Origin: Armatimonadota bacterium
GTDB taxonomy: Bacteria > Armatimonadota > Zipacnadia > Zipacnadales > UBA5352
NCBI GenBank assembly: GCA_050942735.1
Contig: JBMNNW010000013.1
Location: forward strand, 73 to 64,072
Reading direction: 5' to 3'
Length of the DNA stretch: 64,000 bases
Positions within the stretch are counted from its first letter, which is position 1, and each line of letters opens with the position of its first letter. The notes below the pieces were generated by a model. That model did no database searches. It saw nothing but the letters and a program-made list of their open reading frames with translations, and had not been told where the DNA came from. Shown one piece after another: positions 11,005-17,796 of this stretch. Both the position numbers and the translations under genes were made by a program.

Positions 11005-11841
11005 ATGCCCGTGCCGCGCAGTCGGCGGGAGCATGGGAGGGCGCTCGATGGCTGGGTTCAGCTCGACCATCGGTGGTCGCAACCACGGTGGGGATCGCGG
11101 GGAGGGCGCCTCGCAGACGACGCCTGGGGCATGCTGCTGGAGCGAACCGGCAGCACCGTCAACCCGCACACCTACGTGGGCCGCGAGCGCTACTACCGCA
11201 TGCCCAACGCGGCGATGTACCACCTCGGCTTCCGCGACTACGCGCAGGGGGTGGGAAGGTTCATGACGGTGGATCCGGTGCGGGACGGCCTCAACTGGTT
11301 CGCGTACGTGAGGAACGGGTCGACAGCCATGGTTGATCCCTCCGGTGCGGCGCCGTGGTGGTGGACGTTCCTTGAGCAGAACCCGCCGACGCCGTCCACA
11401 CCGGATGGAACTTGCGTTGTAATCAACTGCGACAGATGGATGGACCGGATGGAGAAAAGGATCGGCCACGCGATGGTGGGCTCCGTCAACTGGTGTGTCG
11501 ATCAATTCGTCTCGGTCGACGACTGCAGACCGAGCTGTATGAGTCTGATGCGCTTCCTGAGAAGTCTGGGTGTAATGCGAGGAGAGGGGGAACCCCCCAA
11601 CGTAGTCTGGGTGGAGCCGTGGCCATCAGATCCGCTGGACCAGCATCCCATCTTTAAGACATGTCTCGCTGGGTGCTGGGGCGGCCGCAATGCGTTTGCA
11701 CTCGCATGCACTGTTATCGCGCCCATCGCGATATGGACCGCCTACGTGTTCTTGGGCATGATGTACGGGCTCTGTGTCCATACGTTCGGCCATGGCGACA
11801 ACCGCATCCGCTGGCCTGACGGAGGCGACAGAATCGGGTGA
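11005..11841 (+). CDS. orphan Rhs/YD-repeat C-terminal cassette 1: ~50 aa of Rhs repeat-associated core (..TVNPHTYVGRERYYRMPNAAMYHLGFRDYAQGVGRFMTVDPVRDGLNWFAYVRNGSTAMVDPSG) fused to a Cys/Trp-rich variable C-terminal domain with one predicted TM segment; lacks N-terminal Rhs body
   Basis: ORF 11005..11841; RYYxP...GRFxxxDP...DPxG motif typical of Rhs core / toxin junction; tail WWWTFLEQNPP...CVVINCDRWMDRMEK...LACTVIAPIAIWTAYVFLGMMYGLCVHTFGHG; no upstream YD repeats in any frame. Confidence 0.6.
   Translation: MPVPRSRREHGRALDGWVQLDHRWSQPRWGSRGGRLADDAWGMLLERTGSTVNPHTYVGRERYYRMPNAAMYHLGFRDYAQGVGRFMTVDPVRDGLNWFAYVRNGSTAMVDPSGAAPWWWTFLEQNPPTPSTPDGTCVVINCDRWMDRMEKRIGHAMVGSVNWCVDQFVSVDDCRPSCMSLMRFLRSLGVMRGEGEPPNVVWVEPWPSDPLDQHPIFKTCLAGCWGGRNAFALACTVIAPIAIWTAYVFLGMMYGLCVHTFGHGDNRIRWPDGGDRIG
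11118..11276 (+). repeat. direct repeat copy 1 (Rhs core-encoding ~155 nt, ~90 % identical to 12676..12832; 90-nt stretch 11161..11250 vs 12718..12807 nearly identical)
   Basis: aacccgcacacctacgt(g/c)ggccgcgagcgctactaccgcatgcccaacgcggcgatgtaccacctcggcttccgcgactacgcgcaggggg shared. Confidence 0.8.
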
Positions 11842-11942
11842 CGGGGCCAGAATCTCGTCGCTCTCATGCGCAGTCCGTGACGCCATCACGAATGGATTGC
11901 CACTTGTCAGCTCAGTTGCTTGTGCCATGGGAGGTTCGTGCA

Positions 11943-12374
11943 ATGCGCGTGCTCGTACGAACAGCAGAATTCCTGCTGTGGCTGGTCGTGGCTCACTTAT
12001 GTTGGTGGGTCCTGGTGTACTGGTTCCCCACCGCTGTCTTGGGATGGCGCGGTCCAACGTGGGCGATCGTGGCCTTCGCGGTCATCCTCATGCCGCTCCC
12101 AGTCGCTCTTTCCGCAGCCTTCGCGTACAGGCACGGGCGGCGGTCCTCGGCTTCGGCCAGGGCACTGGCCTTAGCTGTGATGCTCGCCACTTCTCTGGCA
12201 CTATCAGCAGTCGGGGCGATGCTCTCCTTTCGCCCGGCCGGAGAGCCACTGGATCGGGGCGACGTGGCGCAGGGTGTGATCATGGTAGTGGTGGTGGGAG
12301 CAGCGGCCTGGTTAGCCGCCGCTCTCGGCACGCAACATCAAACCGACAGGCGAAAAGCCAGCTCACGGGAGTAG
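11943..12374 (+). CDS. small 4-TM inner-membrane protein; candidate immunity protein for Rhs cassette 1
   Basis: ORF 11838..12374 overlaps cassette 1 stop (ATGA-type overlap at 11838); preferred start MRVLVRTAEFLLWLVVAHLCWWVLVYWF with GGGAGG 8 nt upstream; four hydrophobic helices; position immediately 3' of an Rhs-CT is the canonical immunity slot. Confidence 0.5.
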   Translation: MRVLVRTAEFLLWLVVAHLCWWVLVYWFPTAVLGWRGPTWAIVAFAVILMPLPVALSAAFAYRHGRRSSASARALALAVMLATSLALSAVGAMLSFRPAGEPLDRGDVAQGVIMVVVVGAAAWLAAALGTQHQTDRRKASSRE

Positions 12375-12441
12375 GTGCGTTGCGATCGACTTCGCGGCGG
12401 GCGGGAATAGCTACTACGACTACGATGCTGACTCGAAGCGC

Positions 12442-13422
12442 GTGAGCCAGCGGACGGCGGATGGCTACCGGAAGTTCGTCTACCAGGGGCCGGATATGCT
12501 GGCGCTGCAGATGGAGCGGGACGAGAGCGAGGCGACGGTGGCGCATTACACCATGGGCGCGGGGCTGGAGGCAATGCGCAGGGACAGCGCGAGCAGCTTC
12601 TATCACTACAACCACCTCGGAACCACACTCGCCCTGACCGGGGCGGATGAGGCGGTCACGGACACCTACCGCCACGACGCGTGGGGAGTGCTGCTGGAGA
12701 GCACGGGAAGCACGGTCAACCCGCACACCTACGTCGGCCGCGAGCGCTACTACCGCATGCCCAACGCGGCGATGTACCACCTCGGCTTCCGCGACTACGC
12801 GCAGGGGTTGGGGAGGTTTGTGACGGTGGATGCCCCGACACGTCGACCACCTGTCCGCGGCACCGGCGGCGGCGGGGATGCGCCCGCTCCCCCTCCCGTG
12901 CCCACTCATGACGGCCGATCCCTGTATGAGTGGATCCAGTTGCTCGATGCGCCTGAGCTTGACACCCGGATCGCGGCGGCGAACGCTCTCGGCGCTATGG
13001 GCGAGGACGCCGTGCCCGCCATTGGGCCGCTGAACCGCGCGCGCCTGCATGACGCGCACGAATCCACGCAACGGCAGGCGGCGCTTGCGCTGTGCAAGCT
13101 GCTCACCGGCGCGAACCGCGCGGCCACAACGATCCGGCAGGTTGTCTCCGGCCAGCCGCAGACCATTCATGTCGACTCCACGGCAGGTTTTGGTGACGGC
13201 GACGAGTACTGGTATCATGATGTGCAGCCAGGCGACGAGGTCGTAGTCCACGCCCGAGCCAGCCTGTCACGCACTGCAGCCGACACGTATCGCGTCGAGG
13301 CCAACGCCGCGGTGACCATCGAAGCACAGGGCACGGTTTTCTGGCGCATCGGCGACGGCGAATGGCGCGCGGCCCAGGGCGCCGTTCCGGCGGACGCTGA
13401 GGTCCGGATCGGCATCCGGTAA
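12442..13422 (+). CDS. orphan Rhs/YD-repeat C-terminal cassette 2: YD repeats + Rhs core, then non-canonical C-terminal region with HEAT/PBS-lyase-like repeats and a beta-rich tail; no obvious start codon (frame open from 12316; GTG at 12442)
   Basis: Frame contains ...NSYYDYDADSKRVSQRTADGYRKFVYQGPDMLAL...SFYHYNHLGTTLALTG...TYRHDAWGVLLESTGSTVNPHTYVGRERYYRMPNAAMYHLGFRDYAQGLGRFVTVD then LDTRIAAANALGAMGEDAVPAIGPL..QRQAALALCKLL. Confidence 0.55.
   Translation: MSQRTADGYRKFVYQGPDMLALQMERDESEATVAHYTMGAGLEAMRRDSASSFYHYNHLGTTLALTGADEAVTDTYRHDAWGVLLESTGSTVNPHTYVGRERYYRMPNAAMYHLGFRDYAQGLGRFVTVDAPTRRPPVRGTGGGGDAPAPPPVPTHDGRSLYEWIQLLDAPELDTRIAAANALGAMGEDAVPAIGPLNRARLHDAHESTQRQAALALCKLLTGANRAATTIRQVVSGQPQTIHVDSTAGFGDGDEYWYHDVQPGDEVVVHARASLSRTAADTYRVEANAAVTIEAQGTVFWRIGDGEWRAAQGAVPADAEVRIGIR
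12676..12832 (+). repeat. direct repeat copy 2 (Rhs core-encoding)
   Basis: see copy 1. Confidence 0.8.
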
Positions 13423-13563
13423 GGCCGACAGAGAGGGCGGCGCGGCGTGAGTGCCTGCAATCGGGTGGATGCTGTAGCCCTGCGCTTGACGCGGCGAGGT
13501 CGGTCGCGAGGCATGAGCCTCAGTTGCCCTCATCTGATTGATCGATGACAGGAGTGGATACTG

Positions 13564-15510
13564 ATGCGGACACCGACACCGGTTGAGGTCATGCGCGTGA
13601 TCGCGATCGCAGCGGTCTTTGCAGCTATCCCGGGGGCTCGAAGCGCCACAGCCCAGACCCACGCTCTCGGGAACGGCTTTCACGATCATGGGCCCTTCGC
13701 GGATGTGCTGGTAAGCCGTGGCCTCGTCAGCACAAGCGACGGAGACGGCAATGACGTTGTCGTCGCCCTCGTGCGCGCCAGCGGGATCGCTGAGGCGGTG
13801 GTGATCGATGCCCGGACAGGTGAGGTGGAGCAGATACCGTTTCCCGGTCGCGCGGACTGGCCGTTCGCCTCGATCCTGTCGAGCCGCGGCCTCTACTACA
13901 CCTACACCGGCGGCCACTTCATGGAGTTTGACCCGAAGGTGCGCGACTTCACGTTCGTGGAGCAGGGTCCGAATCGCTGCTCCATGAGCATGACCGAGGA
14001 CGATGACGGGGTGATCTGGTCCGCGCTCTACCCCGACGCCCATGTGCTCAGCTTCAATCCCGAGACGCGCGAGCTTCGGAACTACGGGGCCGTGAGCGAG
14101 CACCCGTCGCTTCAGTATCCCCGCTCCATCGCAGCCGACGATCAGGGCTGGGTCTACATCCGAGTTGCCGGAACGGTTGGGCAGATCTTCATGCTCAACC
14201 CTGAGACCGCCGAGGTCAGGACCGCGATCCCCGAAGACAAGGTCGTTGGTGGGGGCGGTCTGCACGTCTACCGTGACCTGAATGGGAAGGTGTACGGGCA
14301 GCTCGAGTATGGAGATCGGGGGAGGACGTGGTTCGAGCTGTACGATGGCGAGGCGGCCATAATTGACGCGCCACCGGAGCCGAACCGCAAGCTGATCATC
14401 GCGGGCGGTCAGGGCCTGCGACACTACGATCTGCCCGGCGGCGAGCGCATCACCAACCTCGACCTCGTCGAGGGTGTGATGGCCATCGAGAATCCGGAGA
14501 CCGGCGCGACGCGCGAGGTGAGGTTCGAGCTGGTCGGCGGCGGCTCCAGCCTGATGCAACTGGCGGTGGCTCAGAACGGCACAATCTCCGGCGGGACCTA
14601 TCATCCCAAGCGCGTCTTCAGCTACGACCCGCGAACCGACACATGGGATCGTCGCGAGGGCTACGGGCAGTGGAATACGGTCGTGACCACCGAGGACCGC
14701 TTCTACATAGCCAGCTACACCGAGGGCGTTCTGCTCGAGTGGGATCCCACGCGCGAGTGGGTGCCTACCGAGATCGACAACCCCGACAGCAACCCGCGCT
14801 ACCTTGAGCAGACCGTCGGCCAGCCTCACGTGGGCAGGCCCTACGCGATGGTGGCGCACCCCGACGGGCGACACATCATCTACGGCGGCACCCCGCACTA
14901 CCACCACACCGGGGGCGGCCTTGTGATCTACGACATCGAAACCGAGACGGCTGAGATCATCAGCCACGAGGACCTCGTCCCTCTGCACTCCCATTCCAGC
15001 CTCGTGACCCTCCCTGACGGCAGGATCGTCGGCGCGACGTCCATCGAGCCGGCGATGGGAGGTGTGCCTATGGCTGAGGTGGCCGAACTGTACATCTTCG
15101 ACATGGACAGCAGGACGGTCGAGTGGCGAGCGGCGCTGATCGACGGTGTCGAGCGCTACAACGACATGATCGTCGCCCCGGACGGAAGGGTCTTCGGGAT
15201 CGCGGATCGGACGGTGCTGTTCGTATTCGATCCACAGGAGCGGGAGATCGTGCATACCGCCGATCTCTCCGAAGACTTCGGGCGCGCCGTCCACCAGCAG
15301 GGCCCGCGAATCTTCATCGAGGTGCCGGACGGTCGCATCTTCGTCCTCTTCCAGGAGGGCATCGCGCAGTTGAACCCGGAGACATACGAGATGACCATGA
15401 TGGCCGAGGCGCCGGTGAGTCTGGGGAACGGCGGGGCGTACTTCGAGGGTCGGCTCTACTTCGCCGGTGGCTCGAACTTGTTCTCGTGGGAGGTCCCGCC
15501 GGCGGAATGA
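13564..15510 (+). CDS. secreted beta-propeller-like protein, paralog A (unknown family)
   Basis: ORF 13564..15510; AGGAG 9 nt upstream; signal peptide MRTPTPVEVMRVIAIAAVFAAIPGARSATAQ; ~70 % aa identity to next gene; repeated blade-like segments (..DGVIWSALYPDAHVLSFNPETRE.., ..DGRHIIYGGTP.., ..DGRVFGIADRTVLFVFDPQERE..). Confidence 0.75.
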   Translation: MRTPTPVEVMRVIAIAAVFAAIPGARSATAQTHALGNGFHDHGPFADVLVSRGLVSTSDGDGNDVVVALVRASGIAEAVVIDARTGEVEQIPFPGRADWPFASILSSRGLYYTYTGGHFMEFDPKVRDFTFVEQGPNRCSMSMTEDDDGVIWSALYPDAHVLSFNPETRELRNYGAVSEHPSLQYPRSIAADDQGWVYIRVAGTVGQIFMLNPETAEVRTAIPEDKVVGGGGLHVYRDLNGKVYGQLEYGDRGRTWFELYDGEAAIIDAPPEPNRKLIIAGGQGLRHYDLPGGERITNLDLVEGVMAIENPETGATREVRFELVGGGSSLMQLAVAQNGTISGGTYHPKRVFSYDPRTDTWDRREGYGQWNTVVTTEDRFYIASYTEGVLLEWDPTREWVPTEIDNPDSNPRYLEQTVGQPHVGRPYAMVAHPDGRHIIYGGTPHYHHTGGGLVIYDIETETAEIISHEDLVPLHSHSSLVTLPDGRIVGATSIEPAMGGVPMAEVAELYIFDMDSRTVEWRAALIDGVERYNDMIVAPDGRVFGIADRTVLFVFDPQEREIVHTADLSEDFGRAVHQQGPRIFIEVPDGRIFVLFQEGIAQLNPETYEMTMMAEAPVSLGNGGAYFEGRLYFAGGSNLFSWEVPPAE

Positions 15511-15794
15511 GCGCATCCGCGTGCTGGCTGTGATAATACGCGGCAGGCGGTTCGAGATACCCGGAGAAGCAGGTCAAACGTATCCGGCAGCACATCTGTC
15601 AGGAGTAGCATTCATGGATTCCGTGCAACCTGGACGCAGCGGCTGTCGCGTTTCAATCTACTGGACGCTTGGATCCGACGCGTGACATGCGACACGGTCA
15701 ATGGAGGTCACCAGGCCCGCTCGTGCTCATACCGAGCGTGGGCGGGCCTGAACTGCTTCCGGTAGCAGGCCGTGACCGACGGGAGATGATGGAG

Positions 15795-17750
15795 ATGGGC
15801 CCATTGACGCTGACGCGGGTGAAAGAACTGAAGGTGATTGCGATCATGATGGTGCTGGTCGCAGCCCCATGCGGCCAGAGCGCGTCCGCGCAAAGCGTTG
15901 ATCTCGGCGGCGGCTTCATTGACCACGGGCCCTTCGCCGACGTGACCGTCAGCCGGGGCACGGTCTGTACGGTCGATGGCGAGGGCAATGACGTCGTTCT
16001 TGTGTGGCTGTTCGACAACCGCTACGCCTACGCGCTGGCGGTGATCGACGCGCAGACCGGAGAGATCGAGGAGATCCCCCGGCCCATCGAGCGGGACTGC
16101 CCGTTCGCCTCGATACTGGCCAGCAACGGGCGATACTACACCTACATGGGCGGGCACTTCATCGAGTTCGATCCGCTGCAACGCGAGTTCACATTCGTGC
16201 AGGAGGGTCCCTCGCGCGCCGCAATGAGCATGACCGAGGATGACAACGGCGTGATCTGGGCGGGAATCTACCCCAACGCCGACGTGGTCAGCTACGATCC
16301 CGCCACGGGCGAGTTCCGGCACTACGGTGAGATCAACCAGCATCCCGCGCTGCAGTATCCCCGCTCCATGGCGGCCGATGACGAGGGCTGGGTGTACATC
16401 GCGATCGGCATGGCGGTCGGGCAGATTTTCATCCTCAATGCGGATACCGGCGAGGTCGCCACCGTCGTCCCGGAAACCGACGTGGTCGGAGAGGGCGGCG
16501 TGTCGGTCTTCCGCGGGGTGGATGGGAAGGTCTACGGCTACGCGCCGGTCGGTGATGAGGGCCGGCAGTGGTTCGAGCTTCACGGCGGGGAGGCGACGCC
16601 GATCGACGACAGCCCGGGCGTGGCCCGCAAGCAGATCATCGCCGGCAGCCAGGGCCTGCGCCACTACGATCTGCCGGGCGGTGAGCGGGTCCGCGAACTC
16701 GACCTCGTGGAGGGCCGGCTGGTGATCGAGAACCCCGAGACCGGCGACGTGCGCGAGCTTGAGTTTGAGATCAGCGGCGGCGGCGCCTCGAATATGGGCC
16801 TGACGGTCGCCCACGACGGCACGATCGCCGGTGGCACCTATCATCCGAAGCGCTTCTTCAGCTACAATCCGCGAACCGACGAGTGGATTCGCCGTGACTG
16901 TTACGGCCAGTGGAATGTGGTGGCCACGACCGAGGACCGCTTCTACATCGCAAGCTACACCGAGGGCGTGCTTCTGGAGTGGGATCCGCTGAGCGAGTGG
17001 GTCCCGACCGAGCGCGACAACCCCGACAGCAATCCGCGCTACCTGGCGCAGACATACGGACACCCGGACGTGGGGCGACCCTACGCGATGATCGCGCATC
17101 CCGACGGACGCCACATCATCTATGGCGGCACCCCCGGCTACGGCTACACCGGCGGCGGGCTGGTGTTCTACGACATCGAGACCGAAAAGGCTGAGATTAT
17201 CGACCATGAGCAGCTGATCCGCTGGCACTCACAGGCGAGCCTGGTGGCGCTGCCCGACGGCTCGATCCTCGGCGGGACCACCACAGCGCCGGGGATGGGA
17301 GGGACGCCGCGAGCCGAGGTAGCGGAGTTGTACATCCTCGACATGGAGACGAGGCAGGTGCAGTGGCACGGCGCTCCCATCGAGGGTGCGCAGCGGTACA
17401 ATGACCTGATCGTTGGCCCCGACGGCCTGGTCTTCGGCATCATAGATCGCAACCGGTTCTTCGTCTTCGATCCCGAGACCCGGGAGATCGTGCATCTCGC
17501 GGAGACCCCCGAGGAGTTCGGCCCCTCGGTGCACCAGCAGGGGCCGCGCATATTCATCGAGGTGCCTGACGGGCGCATCTTCGCGCTCTTCACCGGGGGG
17601 ATCGTGCTGGTGAACCCGGAGACCTATGAACTGACGATGGTGGCCGAGGCGCCGCGTGGGCTCGGTAACGGCGGTGCGTACCTCGACGGGCGATTGTACT
17701 TCGCCGGCGGCGTCAACCTGCTTTCGTGGCCGGTGCCGCCCGCGGAGTGA
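15795..17750 (+). CDS. secreted beta-propeller-like protein, paralog B
   Basis: ORF 15669..17750; start MGPLTLTRVKELKVIAIMMVLVAAPCGQSASAQS with GGGAG 9 nt upstream; collinear with paralog A. Confidence 0.75.
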   Translation: MGPLTLTRVKELKVIAIMMVLVAAPCGQSASAQSVDLGGGFIDHGPFADVTVSRGTVCTVDGEGNDVVLVWLFDNRYAYALAVIDAQTGEIEEIPRPIERDCPFASILASNGRYYTYMGGHFIEFDPLQREFTFVQEGPSRAAMSMTEDDNGVIWAGIYPNADVVSYDPATGEFRHYGEINQHPALQYPRSMAADDEGWVYIAIGMAVGQIFILNADTGEVATVVPETDVVGEGGVSVFRGVDGKVYGYAPVGDEGRQWFELHGGEATPIDDSPGVARKQIIAGSQGLRHYDLPGGERVRELDLVEGRLVIENPETGDVRELEFEISGGGASNMGLTVAHDGTIAGGTYHPKRFFSYNPRTDEWIRRDCYGQWNVVATTEDRFYIASYTEGVLLEWDPLSEWVPTERDNPDSNPRYLAQTYGHPDVGRPYAMIAHPDGRHIIYGGTPGYGYTGGGLVFYDIETEKAEIIDHEQLIRWHSQASLVALPDGSILGGTTTAPGMGGTPRAEVAELYILDMETRQVQWHGAPIEGAQRYNDLIVGPDGLVFGIIDRNRFFVFDPETREIVHLAETPEEFGPSVHQQGPRIFIEVPDGRIFALFTGGIVLVNPETYELTMVAEAPRGLGNGGAYLDGRLYFAGGVNLLSWPVPPAE

Positions 17751-17796
17751 TGACGATCGACCACATGCATGCACTGGCAGTGATGGAGGCGGGAAT

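Noticed and set aside
10824-11336. ORFs 10824..11336 and 10889..11266 upstream of or overlapping Rhs cassette 1, considered as possible upstream Rhs body
   Set aside because: Translations lack YD-repeat motifs. Cassette 1 homology begins abruptly at ~11116.
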